Source: a virus (lineage: Duplodnaviria > Caudoviricetes). From it: a stretch of 43,248 bases of DNA. Positions within the stretch are counted from its first letter, which is position 1. Each line of letters starts with the position of its first letter. The stretch lies in the IMG/VR virus record IMGVR_UViG_3300025053_000005, positions 1-43,248 of that record; one strand, given 5' to 3'. The notes under the pieces were generated by a model that did no database searches, had not been told where the DNA came from, and saw nothing but the letters and a program-made list of their open reading frames with translations. Made by a program: the position numbers and the translations under genes. Below are positions 1 through 9,921 of this stretch, in pieces.

Positions 1-3
1 CAT

Positions 4-129
4 TGACGATGACGGATGGCAGCGGACTGGCAGAAGGGAATCCCGCCGTCGTCAATGGGGTGAGCTACACCATCTCGCGCCTGCAGACCGATCACGATGT
101 CGGCGATGTCCTCGCCACGCTGGAAACCG
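4..129. repeat. Terminal direct repeat, left copy (126 bp); circular contig overlap
   Basis: Identical to 43123-43248. The head-closure ORF starting at 42960 reads across the join to TGA at 132-134. Confidence 0.95.
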
Positions 130-133
130 CCTG

Positions 134-577
134 ATGGCTCACGTCCGCAAGCAGATTCGCGAAGCTCTGGCAACGGCTGTTACAGGACTGTCCGTCACCG
201 GCGCGCGGGTCTACCAAAGCCGCCTGCATGCGCTGCGCGATAGCAATCTTCCCTGCCTGCTGGTCAACACGGACGACGAAACCATCGAACCAGTCAGCAT
301 GAATGCACCGGCCACGCTGGAGCGCGAACTGGTGGTGATGGTCCGCGCTGTAGCAAGGGCCGCCGCCGACCTGGACGACTCGCTCGACCAGATCATGGCT
401 GAAGTTGAAGCTGTGCTCGGCGCGGCATCGCCGCTGGGATCGCTGGCGAAAATCACCGCGCTCAGATCCATCCGCGTGGAAATGGACGACGCGCTGGAAA
501 AGCCGCTCGGCGTGGCCAGCATGGAATACCGGATCACTTACTACACGGCCAGCAGCGCGCCGCAAACGGTTTTATAG
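134..577 (+). CDS. Tail terminator / lambda gpU-like tail completion protein
   Basis: 147 aa (MAHVRKQIREA...LPCLLV...LDQIMAEVEAVL...YRITY), between head-closure and tail tube genes. Confidence 0.7.
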   Translation: MAHVRKQIREALATAVTGLSVTGARVYQSRLHALRDSNLPCLLVNTDDETIEPVSMNAPATLERELVVMVRAVARAAADLDDSLDQIMAEVEAVLGAASPLGSLAKITALRSIRVEMDDALEKPLGVASMEYRITYYTASSAPQTVL

Positions 578-586
578 GAGAACATC

Positions 587-1240
587 ATGACGATTAACAC
601 CAACTCCGGCCTGGTCATGGCCATGCAGTCGGCCATCGCCGCCGCCAAGACCATCACCGCGATCACCAAGGCCGCGCCCGGCGTGGTGAGTTCCACTGCG
701 CACGGATTCGCCAACGGCGATTTCGTGCTGCTCGAAATCGAGGGCATGGTGGAATTGAACAAATGCGTTTACGAGGTGGGCAGCATCGCCACGGACACCT
801 TCCAGCTGATCGGGCCGGACGGCGCCACAGGGCTGGACACCACCCTGTTTTCCACTTTCAGCAGCGGCACCGCGAAAAAGCTCACACTGGGCACCTCCAT
901 CACCGGCGTGCAGAATTTCGCCGCGAGCGGCGGCGACATCAAGTTCCTGGACAGCACCACGGTGCATGACACCAAGGACAAGCAGATCGCCTCCGGCGTC
1001 AGCGCCATGTCCTACAACCTGACCATCCAGTGGGACCCGGCCAATGCCGGTCAGTCCGCCATGCGGGCCGCCTTCGATATTCGCGCGCCCAAGGCGATGC
1101 GTATCACCTGGCCGAACGGCGCCTACGTGGCCTGGTACGGCTCGGTCGGCTACAACGGCGCGCCCGGTGGAGACAGCCAGGGCATCACCACCACCCAGGC
1201 TGCGCTGGCCGCCGAGGGCAACATGACGGTGGCGGCATGA
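587..1240 (+). CDS. Major tail tube protein with an E1-FCCH-like beta domain
   Basis: 217 aa, AGGAG RBS; ITAITKAAPGVVSSTAHGFANGD insert; GGDIKFLDSTT and WDP tube motifs. Confidence 0.8.
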   Translation: MTINTNSGLVMAMQSAIAAAKTITAITKAAPGVVSSTAHGFANGDFVLLEIEGMVELNKCVYEVGSIATDTFQLIGPDGATGLDTTLFSTFSSGTAKKLTLGTSITGVQNFAASGGDIKFLDSTTVHDTKDKQIASGVSAMSYNLTIQWDPANAGQSAMRAAFDIRAPKAMRITWPNGAYVAWYGSVGYNGAPGGDSQGITTTQAALAAEGNMTVAA

Positions 1241-1566
1241 GCCTGATCGACAGGCTGCGCAAGGCGCGCGAGATCCGCATCGAGGCGGGCGGGCAGGTCT
1301 TCACCGCACTGCGCCCGACCGACATGGATATGGTGGGCCTGATCGGCGCTGACGGCTATGCCTTGCTGAAATTCGTCATCGGCTGGGAAATGACCGAACT
1401 CGACCTCGGTATTCCCGGCGGCAGCGGCGAGGCAGTGCCGTTTCAGCCCGACCTGTTCGCCGAATGGATCAAGGACCAGCCCGCCCTGTGGACGCCGCTG
1501 ATCATTGCGATCAAGGATGCCTATGCCGCGCATTCAGAACGGCTGGAGCAAGCCGCAAAAAACTGA
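1237..1566 (+). CDS. Tail assembly chaperone (gpG-like)
   Basis: ATG overlaps the tube stop (ATGA); MSLIDRLRKAREI...QAAKN; ends in slippery A AAA AAC. Confidence 0.75.
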   Translation: MSLIDRLRKAREIRIEAGGQVFTALRPTDMDMVGLIGADGYALLKFVIGWEMTELDLGIPGGSGEAVPFQPDLFAEWIKDQPALWTPLIIAIKDAYAAHSERLEQAAKN

Positions 1567-1772
1567 CTGCGTGGCTGGAATCGACACGGATTCCGATTCC
1601 CGTCACGCGCCCGTCGGTAGAAACGCAACTCGCCGTCAAGGCCTGGAATCTGATGGGTGGGATGGACTGGGCCGCGCTTCCCGTGGTGGCAGAGATGCTC
1701 GGAATCAATGACGTCGAGGCTTTGATCCACCAGTTGGTGTCCATCAGGAAGTTCGATCAAAAGAGAAACTAA
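1557..1772 (+). CDS. Tail assembly chaperone -1 frameshift extension (gpGT-like)
   Basis: Heptamer AAAAAAC at 1557-1563; the -1 frame is open (KKLTAWLE...GGMDWAALPVVAEMLG) up to the tape measure start. Confidence 0.7.
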   Translation, partial: KKLTAWLESTRIPIPVTRPSVETQLAVKAWNLMGGMDWAALPVVAEMLGINDVEALIHQLVSIRKFDQKRN

Positions 1773-3577
1773 TGGCCGAGAATTCCACCAAGATCATCAT
1801 CAGCGCCGAAGACCGCACCAGGGCGGCTTTTGCCTCGGCAACCTCCGGGCTGGGCGGTTTGTCGCGCGCAGCGATCAGCGCCAATTCAGCGATCAGCGCC
1901 ATCGGCATCGGCGTTTCGGTCGGCGCCTTCGTCGCCTTCGTCAAAAACACCATCGACGGCGCCGACGCGCTCAATGACATGAGCCTGCGGACGGGCGTGG
2001 CCGTCAAAACCCTGGCCGAATACAATCTCGTGGCAGAGCAGTCCGGCACCAGCCTGGAGGCCTTGGGAAAGGGTATCCAGAAGCTCACGCTTTCAATTGG
2101 TCAGGCAGAGCAGGGCAGCGGGGAACAGGCCGAAGCGCTGAAGCGCCTGGGCGTTAGCGCGCGCGACCCCCAGGCCGCATTCGAGCAGCTCGCGGATGCG
2201 GTGTCCAAGAGCAACGATCCCATCAAAACCAATGCCGACTTGCAAAAAGTCCTCGGCAAAAACTATGCCGAGCTTTTGCCGCTGTTGCAGGCTGGATCGC
2301 AGGGCCTGCGCGATTCCGCCATCGCTTCCTCGACCTTCGCCAACGCAATGGAAAAACTGGCGCCGGATGCCGATAAATTCAACGACCAGCTGTCCACGCT
2401 GAAAATCAACGTCGCCGGCGCGGCGGCATCCATTATTTCGAATCTGGTCCCCTCTCTCAACGAATACATCGCCGTCGGACGGGAAGTGCTTAATACCGGC
2501 AGCTTGCTGGACAAGATCCGGTTTTTTGCGCTTGGCAATGCTTCCGACGAGATGGTCGGGCGCGTCAGGGCATCAGCCGCAGCCGCCGAGGCAGCGGCCA
2601 AAAAAGTCAAGCGCGCAGTCGGAGAAATCGAGCAGACAAAGCCGAAATCCACCAAAACCCCAAAAACCCAGAAAGCCGCCGATCCGCTCGCCGGCCTGCT
2701 CGGGCAGACCGAGCAGGCCAAGCTGGCCGAGTACAACAAGACCCTCGCCCTGCTCGACGCGCGCTATGCGGCCAACAAGATCGGCGCGCATCAATACACC
2801 GAGGCCCTGCTGATCCTCAACGAACAGCTCGACAAGTCGCTCGGCTTCGGCGCGAACCTGGACGATGCCTCCATCAAGGAATACCAGCAGCGCCTCGCGT
2901 CACTGATCTCCGACACCACCATCGTCAAGACCCAGAAGTTTCAGGCCGACATCGATTTCCTCAACCAGGCCTTCTTCGACGGCGCGCTCGATGCTGAACT
3001 CTACGCGCAGTCCATCGACAAACTGACAGGGAGCGATCTGCCGGAAAATCTGAAGGAGACCAACGACATCGCCCGCGAGCTGGGCATGACCTTCACCTCG
3101 GCCTTCGAGGACGCCATCGTCGGCGGCAAGGACCTGTCCGAAGTGCTGAATGGGCTGGAGCAGGACATCATGCGCATCGTTACCCGCAAACTGGTCACCG
3201 AGCCATTGGGCAACGCGCTCTCCAGCGCGATTGGTGGAAGCGGCGGCGGGGACATTTTTTCGACAGTCGCCTCATGGCTCGGCTTCGCTGACGGCGGTGT
3301 CATGACATCTGCCGGTTCGATGCCGCTACGCAAATACGCCGGGGGTGGTATCGCCAATTCGCCGCAGCTGGCCGTATTCGGCGAAGGCTCGCAACCGGAG
3401 GCCTATGTCCCGCTTCCGGACGGACGGCGCATCCCTGTGGCGATGTCCGGCGGCGGCGGTGGCATGTCGGTGGTCAACCATTTCGCCATCTCTGGGCCGA
3501 CCGACAAGCGCAGCCAGGGCCAGATCGCGGCATCGGTCTACTCCGGGATCATGCGCGCAGCGCGGAGGAACAGTTGA
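1772..3577 (+). CDS. Tape measure protein
   Basis: 601 aa, Ala/Ser-rich and helical; N-terminal IISAEDRT; C-terminal FADGG...GEGSQPEAYVPL motif. Confidence 0.9.
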   Translation: MAENSTKIIISAEDRTRAAFASATSGLGGLSRAAISANSAISAIGIGVSVGAFVAFVKNTIDGADALNDMSLRTGVAVKTLAEYNLVAEQSGTSLEALGKGIQKLTLSIGQAEQGSGEQAEALKRLGVSARDPQAAFEQLADAVSKSNDPIKTNADLQKVLGKNYAELLPLLQAGSQGLRDSAIASSTFANAMEKLAPDADKFNDQLSTLKINVAGAAASIISNLVPSLNEYIAVGREVLNTGSLLDKIRFFALGNASDEMVGRVRASAAAAEAAAKKVKRAVGEIEQTKPKSTKTPKTQKAADPLAGLLGQTEQAKLAEYNKTLALLDARYAANKIGAHQYTEALLILNEQLDKSLGFGANLDDASIKEYQQRLASLISDTTIVKTQKFQADIDFLNQAFFDGALDAELYAQSIDKLTGSDLPENLKETNDIARELGMTFTSAFEDAIVGGKDLSEVLNGLEQDIMRIVTRKLVTEPLGNALSSAIGGSGGGDIFSTVASWLGFADGGVMTSAGSMPLRKYAGGGIANSPQLAVFGEGSQPEAYVPLPDGRRIPVAMSGGGGGMSVVNHFAISGPTDKRSQGQIAASVYSGIMRAARRNS

Positions 3578-4653
3578 TGGCTTTCATCGAAACCCCGCGT
3601 TTCCCGGACGATTTGCGTTTCGGGTTCTCCGGCGGACCGGAATTCTCGACTTCCATTGTCGAGGTGCTGTCAGGCGGAGAAAAGCGCAACCGCAACTGGG
3701 CGCAGGCCAAGGGCCGGTGGCAGGGAACGCACGGGCCGCATGGGCGCGCCGAAACGGATTCACTGATCGCCTATTTCCGCGCGGCTGGCGGAAGGCTAAA
3801 CGGTTTCCGCTTCAAGGACTGGACAGATTATAAATGTGCGCTGGCCAATGGAGCGGTCGGATCAGGCGCAGGAAGCGGCGCACCCGTGCTGCAGATCAAC
3901 AAGACATACCTGACCGGAACGGAGTCCGACCTGCGCCCAATCAGGAAGCCTGTCGCCAGCACGGTCGAGGTATGGAAGAACGGGGTCAAGATGACATCCG
4001 GCTACACGCTCGACCCGGCCACCGGGCTGGTCAGCTTCGCCGCCAGCACAACAAAAAGCATCAACGCCAACAGCGCCAAGGCCATCACCGCCATCACCCA
4101 GGCCAACCCAGGCGTGGTGACTGCGGTGGGCCACGGCTACGTCACAGGAGACAGGATCAAGATCACTGACGTTGCCGGCATGACGCAGGTCAACGGCCTA
4201 TATTACACCGTGACATGGATCAGCGCAGACGCATTCTCCATCGGCGTCAATACCACCGCCTATACGGCCTATGTCAGCGGCGGAACGGCGACGAAATACG
4301 GCATCACCCAGACCAGCCCGGCGCGGGTGTACTCGACCGCGCACGGTTTCAGCAACGGGCAGATCGTCCACCTCTCATCGGCAACCGGCATGACCGAGGT
4401 CAATGGGCGCACCTTCACGGTGGCTAACGCATCAGCCGATTATTTCGACCTTTTTGCGGAAAACGCCAGCGCATATTCTGCCTATAGCGGGAATGGCGTG
4501 ATCGGGCTCTATCCGCAGCCCTCCGACACGCTGGCGTGGCTGGGCGATTTCGACGTTCCGGCGCGCTTCTCCAGCGACCGGCTGGAGATCACGCTGGTGG
4601 CGCACGGGCTGTATTCCTGGGAGGCTGTCGAGATCATGGAGATCCGCGCTTGA
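3574..4653 (+). CDS. DUF2460 distal tail protein with two inserted FCCH-like repeats
   Basis: FIETPRFP...GGPEFSTSI...GFRFKDWTDY...FDVPARF motifs of the GTA-like DUF2460 family. Confidence 0.85.
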   Translation: MMAFIETPRFPDDLRFGFSGGPEFSTSIVEVLSGGEKRNRNWAQAKGRWQGTHGPHGRAETDSLIAYFRAAGGRLNGFRFKDWTDYKCALANGAVGSGAGSGAPVLQINKTYLTGTESDLRPIRKPVASTVEVWKNGVKMTSGYTLDPATGLVSFAASTTKSINANSAKAITAITQANPGVVTAVGHGYVTGDRIKITDVAGMTQVNGLYYTVTWISADAFSIGVNTTAYTAYVSGGTATKYGITQTSPARVYSTAHGFSNGQIVHLSSATGMTEVNGRTFTVANASADYFDLFAENASAYSAYSGNGVIGLYPQPSDTLAWLGDFDVPARFSSDRLEITLVAHGLYSWEAVEIMEIRA

Positions 4654-5492
4654 GGAATCTTCCCGCCCCGTTGCTGGCCCACATTCTGGGCGACACCACC
4701 ACGCTGGCCTACCTGTGGAAGATCGTCCGCACGGACGGCGTGACGGCCACCATGACCAGCCTCGATGAGGATATTGTCTTCGCCGGGGAAACCTACATGG
4801 CCAGCGCCGGAGTCGATCCAACCAGCGTGGTGCGCCAGGCCTCGCTGCAGGTGAGCAATCTGGACCTGACCGGCTTTTGTGACGTGCTTCTGGCCCCGGC
4901 GCTGGAGTCCGGGCTGTGGGATTACGCCCGTGTCGAGCTGCGCCTGATCAACTACCGGACCGCATCCGATGGGACAGCCATCCTGCTGACCGGGCGCATC
5001 GGGCAGGTTTCATGGGACGAAGACAAATATACTGCCGAATTCCGAGGATTGAGCCAGCATTTCGGGCAAAGCATCATCGAGCTGACCTCCGCCGAGTGCC
5101 GCGCCACGTTCGGGGATGCGCGATGCACTATCGATCCGGCGCTCCACACGGAATCCGGCTCGGTGGTGTCGGTCGCGGACAACGCCTCGTTCGTGGTTTC
5201 CGGCCTGACTATTCCGGATGATTATATCTCCGGCAAGATTAGCTTCAACAGCGGCGCATGTTCCGGATACTCGATGGAGATTGTGTCCTGTTCAGCGGTC
5301 GCAGGCGGCGCCGAAGTCGGGCTTTTCATGCCCATGCCGTTCGCTGTGACGGCTGGCGATATGTTTTATGCCACGGAGGGCTGCTCCAAGCTGCCGTCAC
5401 GCTGCAAGACCTTCGGCAATTTCCTGAATTTCCAGGGAGAGCCCTTCATCCCAGGCACGGGAAAGCTGCTTGAAAGGCCGGACGCAAAATGA
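4650..5492 (+). CDS. DUF2163 baseplate hub protein
   Basis: TTG start overlapping the upstream stop; TTTLAYLWKIVRTDG, CRATFGDARC and GCSK...C...FGNFLNFQGEPFIPG motifs. Confidence 0.85.
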   Translation: MRNLPAPLLAHILGDTTTLAYLWKIVRTDGVTATMTSLDEDIVFAGETYMASAGVDPTSVVRQASLQVSNLDLTGFCDVLLAPALESGLWDYARVELRLINYRTASDGTAILLTGRIGQVSWDEDKYTAEFRGLSQHFGQSIIELTSAECRATFGDARCTIDPALHTESGSVVSVADNASFVVSGLTIPDDYISGKISFNSGACSGYSMEIVSCSAVAGGAEVGLFMPMPFAVTAGDMFYATEGCSKLPSRCKTFGNFLNFQGEPFIPGTGKLLERPDAK

Positions 5493-5911
5493 CACCTACC
5501 CGTGAACAGATGATCGTCGAAGCGGCCACCTGGCTCGGCACGCCATACCGCCATATGGGGCGGATCAAGGGGGTGGGCTGCGATTGCGTGGGGCTACCCA
5601 TCGGCCTGATGGCCGGATTCGGCATCGACGTGGAGGACGCGGAATATACCACCCGTCCCTCCGAAGCGCAGCTGCTGTCTGCACTACGCTCAAATGCGCG
5701 CCTGCATGAAGTAGGCCATTCCGGCATGCTTCCGGGCGACATGGCTGTGATCGAGCTTGGCCGTCAGGCCACCCACGTCGGCATCCTGACCGACCGCCAG
5801 ACCGTGATCCATGCTACCCGCGCCGGCGTGGTCGAGAACGGATTGCAGAACGGATGGGGCAGGCGCATCCGCACGGCATTCACCCTGATCGGATATACAC
5901 CATGCAATTAG
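5489..5911 (+). CDS. NlpC/P60 tail peptidase
   Basis: WLGTPYRHMGRIKGVGCDCVGL...HVGIL...IHA. Confidence 0.9.
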   Translation: MTPTREQMIVEAATWLGTPYRHMGRIKGVGCDCVGLPIGLMAGFGIDVEDAEYTTRPSEAQLLSALRSNARLHEVGHSGMLPGDMAVIELGRQATHVGILTDRQTVIHATRAGVVENGLQNGWGRRIRTAFTLIGYTPCN

Positions 5912-8900
5912 CGCTGCCATTAGTCGGCGCGTACATTTCGACAATGATGGGCCTTGGTCCTGGTGTTGGGTGGGCTGCTGGGTCAATGATTTATTCGGCA
6001 TATTTCGCGCCCAGCATGAAAAGCGAGGGGCCGCGCCTCGATTCGCTCAAGGTGACCATTTCATCATTCGGCGCATCCATTCCCAAGATATTCGGCACGC
6101 TGCGCACCGGGTGCAACCTGATCTGGTCTTCCGATCTGGTCGAGGTCTCGACCACCGATGATGTTGGCGGCAAAGGCGGGCCGAGCGCGGAAGTCACGAC
6201 CTATTCTTATTTCGGCAATTTTCAGGTGCTGGTGTGCGAAGGGCCGGTGAAGGGCATCCGGCGCATTTGGGCCAATGACGATCTGATCTACGACAATCGC
6301 GAGACCTCTACACGGATGTTTGCCGTGGGCGGGGATGCGATCAGGGTTTACCTCGGCGGAAACACGCAGCTTGCTGATACTCTGATCGAGCAGTACGAGG
6401 GCGTTGGCAACGTCCCGGCATATCGCGGACGTTGCACCATTGTGTTCGACCATTTGCCCTTGGCCAACTATGGCAACGGTCTTCCGCAGATAAGTGTTGA
6501 AGTTGTTGGCTTCGCAGACGGTACCGCAGGCGGAGGCAGTATCACCGGAGACATTAGTGGAGCGGCTATTGACTACGGTTACGACGATTACGCTGTCTCC
6601 GGTGACAATTACATATACGATACCCACGACAGCTACATTCGTAAGCTCGACCTGCTCCCGAGAACGGTACTCAACCAGGCTCTGCTCAGTTCACTATACA
6701 CCCCGATTCAGGTGATGTCCCAGACGTTAGCTGAGTGTAGAGGCAGCATCATAGGGAGCGTAGATTTAATCGGGACACACGCCGATGCCCCTATATTGAT
6801 CGGAACGTACGCAGCAGACCCATATGAGTGCCCGTTCCAAGGATATGTCACGGTACTGGTGCGTCTGGATCCTGTGACACTGCAGCCATCGGCAGTAGGC
6901 GAGCACACTGGTGACACCGGCATCAAACACGATGGCACTGTGGCTCCGGATATTGCGGAGACATGGAGCACCTCCGAGCGGTTTGTATATGCCTGCACCG
7001 GTGACGTGGACGCAGGCAACGGGCTATACAGTTTCGACACGATCAGCGGAGCCTGCGGGATTCTGTGGGAATTCCCGACGACCGACGCGCTGTACGCCGC
7101 CGCCGTCCGGGATACAACCGCCTGGTGCCTGACGCAACTTTCCGGGGCATGGTACATCAGCCGCAAGACACTGGGAGGAGCGGAATTGCGCGCAGCACTT
7201 CCGTTCGGACTGGCGCTGGGCGGGTACGCCAAGAACCTGATGGTAGCGGACGGGCAGTACCTCTACTTCAAGACAGGTCACATCCTGGATGCCAGCACGC
7301 TGGCGCTGGTGGAGACCGAGCCGAAGTTCGCAGGGAGCAGCCTGTTCCTGCTCGACCGCGAGAACTACATCACGATCATCGACGCCGGTGGAACGGGTGA
7401 CAACCTGGTCTACCCTCTCGCGGGCCGCACCCTGTACGCCACGCTGGTGTCAGCCGGGGCGACAGGCTATTTCTCTGCCACAGAGCGGCGCATCGTGGCG
7501 CAGTCCACTACCGCCGGTCAGTATGTGCTGTGGGGAGTAGCCGGCATCCCCGAGCTGCCAATCTCGTTCGCCAACTTGGCGCGAAACATCGCAACAGACG
7601 TGGGCCTGACTGAATCCGATCTGAATCTCACGGATACCGAGAGCGTGCTGGTGCGCGGGTTCGTCTGCGCCAATCGTCAGGCGGCGCGATCATTCCTCGA
7701 ACAGGTCATGGCGATCCATTTCATAGAGATGGTGGAATCTGACGGAAAATGCAAGTTCGTGCAGCGCGGCAAAACGCCGGCGCGCACTCTCAGCTACGAT
7801 GAACTGGGCGCGACGGAGGGCGATGCCTCCGGCCCCCGCGTGGCGTGGCAGAACACGCAGGAGCTCGAGCTTCCGCGCCAGATCGAGCTGCAGTACATGA
7901 ACCGAGATGATGAGTACAACACCGGAACGCGCATTGCTTCGCGCCAGGTGTGCAGCACGCTGGAGCGCGTCAACGTCACGCCACCCTGCGCGCTGACCAA
8001 CGACGAAGCCAGTACCATCGTGCACAGAATGCTGGAACTGGCATGGATGGAATCCATCACAGGAAGCGCAAAAGTCACGCGCGACCACATTGACCTTGAG
8101 CCGACCGATGTGATCGTGCTGGCGGATGCCGCTGAGTCGCATACCGTCATTCTTCGCAGCGTCAGCGAGAGTCCGGGCGGGATGATCGAACTGTCTTTCA
8201 GCCGCTACGCCGCGTCGCTCTACAGCCGAACAGGGACGGTGGATGACATGGTCTACCCGGCTCATGGCATACCGGAACTCGGCAGCACATGGCCGCTGGT
8301 GCTGGACATACCCTACTACGGCGACACTGATGAGGGGTGCGTCTACGCGGGCGCGATGGATACCCTTGGCGCGTCTTGGTACGGATCGGTGTTCGTCAGC
8401 CGGGACCAGGTGAGCTGGAAAACTGGCGGGTACATCCTCTCACCGGCCACGCTGGGCTACGCCACAACCGAAGCGCCAGATGCACTCCCTTGCATGTGGG
8501 ATGTCGCCGGGACGGTTGGGCTCAAGCTAGCCAACAGCAGCGCCAGCTTGAGCAGCAAGCCGGATGCAGCCGTGCGTGCGGGCGAGAACCTGGCGGCATT
8601 CGGCCAGCCGGGACGGTGGGAAATGATCCGCTTCAAGACCGCCACCCTGAACGTGGACGGCAGCTACACGCTTTCCAACATTGCCCGTGGCGAAATGGGC
8701 ACCGAGCAGCACACAGCAGCGCACCTTGCGGGAGACCGCTTCGCGCTGATCAATTCGGCGCTGGTCAAAATCCCGGTGCCGCATGACTACGCCGGGTCAG
8801 CGCTGACATTCCGCTTCGTGCGCAGTGGGCAGACCTTCGCGGAAGGCACTTCCGTGACCATCACCTATCGTGGAGAGGCCATGAAGCCTTGGCCGCTCGC

Positions 8901-9216
8901 GTGGGTGGAAGGAACGCGCGACGGCAGCAACAATCTCACGGTAACGTGGACGCGCTTGTCGCGGGTGGGCGATGAAATGCCGTCTGGACGCGCCATCGCA
9001 TTGGGCGAGGTCAGCGAGAAGTACGACGTAGTGATCTATGCATCGGACTGGACCACGATCAAGCGCACCGTGGCCGGGTTGTCCGCGCCAACATTCACCT
9101 ATACAGCAGCGGAGCAGACAACCGATTTCGGCAGTCCGCAACCCGCCGTGCGCATTAAAATCTACCAGATCAGTGACCGCGTGGGACGCGGACAGCCAAG
9201 GAGCGCCACCGTATGA
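5902..9216 (+). CDS. Large tail tip / host specificity protein (GTA-like) with a variable central domain
   Basis: EGPRL, IPKIFG, LCEGPV..IRRIWAND and VPAYRG motifs; C-terminal WTRLSR...Y.VVI...YTAAEQTTDFG...QIS.RVGRG. Confidence 0.85.
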   Translation: MQLALPLVGAYISTMMGLGPGVGWAAGSMIYSAYFAPSMKSEGPRLDSLKVTISSFGASIPKIFGTLRTGCNLIWSSDLVEVSTTDDVGGKGGPSAEVTTYSYFGNFQVLVCEGPVKGIRRIWANDDLIYDNRETSTRMFAVGGDAIRVYLGGNTQLADTLIEQYEGVGNVPAYRGRCTIVFDHLPLANYGNGLPQISVEVVGFADGTAGGGSITGDISGAAIDYGYDDYAVSGDNYIYDTHDSYIRKLDLLPRTVLNQALLSSLYTPIQVMSQTLAECRGSIIGSVDLIGTHADAPILIGTYAADPYECPFQGYVTVLVRLDPVTLQPSAVGEHTGDTGIKHDGTVAPDIAETWSTSERFVYACTGDVDAGNGLYSFDTISGACGILWEFPTTDALYAAAVRDTTAWCLTQLSGAWYISRKTLGGAELRAALPFGLALGGYAKNLMVADGQYLYFKTGHILDASTLALVETEPKFAGSSLFLLDRENYITIIDAGGTGDNLVYPLAGRTLYATLVSAGATGYFSATERRIVAQSTTAGQYVLWGVAGIPELPISFANLARNIATDVGLTESDLNLTDTESVLVRGFVCANRQAARSFLEQVMAIHFIEMVESDGKCKFVQRGKTPARTLSYDELGATEGDASGPRVAWQNTQELELPRQIELQYMNRDDEYNTGTRIASRQVCSTLERVNVTPPCALTNDEASTIVHRMLELAWMESITGSAKVTRDHIDLEPTDVIVLADAAESHTVILRSVSESPGGMIELSFSRYAASLYSRTGTVDDMVYPAHGIPELGSTWPLVLDIPYYGDTDEGCVYAGAMDTLGASWYGSVFVSRDQVSWKTGGYILSPATLGYATTEAPDALPCMWDVAGTVGLKLANSSASLSSKPDAAVRAGENLAAFGQPGRWEMIRFKTATLNVDGSYTLSNIARGEMGTEQHTAAHLAGDRFALINSALVKIPVPHDYAGSALTFRFVRSGQTFAEGTSVTITYRGEAMKPWPLAWVEGTRDGSNNLTVTWTRLSRVGDEMPSGRAIALGEVSEKYDVVIYASDWTTIKRTVAGLSAPTFTYTAAEQTTDFGSPQPAVRIKIYQISDRVGRGQPRSATV

Positions 9217-9920
9217 CGACCTATTCCAGCAACCTGCTCATCCCGTACCTGGATGACAACATGGACAATCCGCATCTCCCCGTCAACGAGGCACTGAGGG
9301 TGCTCGACAAGGCCATCGGCAGCAAGGTGGCGCTGGCGGTAACGGGCGGGACCACAATCATTACGGACGAGGAGTCACGCGGGGCATATTTGGAGCTGAC
9401 CGGGGTGCTGACCAGCAACCTGATACTGCAAGTCCCAGCCAGGGCCAAGCAGTGGCTGGTGCAGAACAAGACAACTGGCAGCTACACCGTCACAGTCAAG
9501 ACCGCTACCGGGGCCGGGATGGTGGTCACCAATGACAGTCAGCTCCACATGGTGTACTGCGACGCGCTCGACTGCTGGCCCGTGCAGAACTCGACGCACG
9601 GGCGCAACCGGGTGGTGCTGCCCTACGGTTCCGGCATCACGATCAACTGGGCCGGGGTGGACATTTACGACACGACGCTGACCGGCAACATGGTCATCAG
9701 CGCCTTCACCGGGGCTACGGATGGGCAACTCTGCGCCATGCAGGTCAGGCAGGATGCAACCGGGAGCAGGACGGTCGGCTGGCCGCCAGAGGTTCGCTAC
9801 GGCACCGACCTGACGACGATCCTGTTGACGACGACGGCCAGCAAAATGGACCGGGTGGTGTTCCAATACGACGCCGGGGCGGGCAAGTACGACCTGGTGA
9901 GCTTGATGAGGGGGTACTGA
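9213..9920 (+). CDS. Tail fibre adaptor, DUF2793-like N-terminus
   Basis: LLIPYL...HLPVNEALRVLD; C-terminal QDATGSRTVGWP motif. Confidence 0.65.
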   Translation: MTTYSSNLLIPYLDDNMDNPHLPVNEALRVLDKAIGSKVALAVTGGTTIITDEESRGAYLELTGVLTSNLILQVPARAKQWLVQNKTTGSYTVTVKTATGAGMVVTNDSQLHMVYCDALDCWPVQNSTHGRNRVVLPYGSGITINWAGVDIYDTTLTGNMVISAFTGATDGQLCAMQVRQDATGSRTVGWPPEVRYGTDLTTILLTTTASKMDRVVFQYDAGAGKYDLVSLMRGY

Positions 9921-9921
9921 T

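Noticed and set aside
4-129. Biological terminal repeat of the virion DNA
   Set aside because: It falls mid-gene and a GpA-type terminase implies cos ends; an assembly overlap is more likely.
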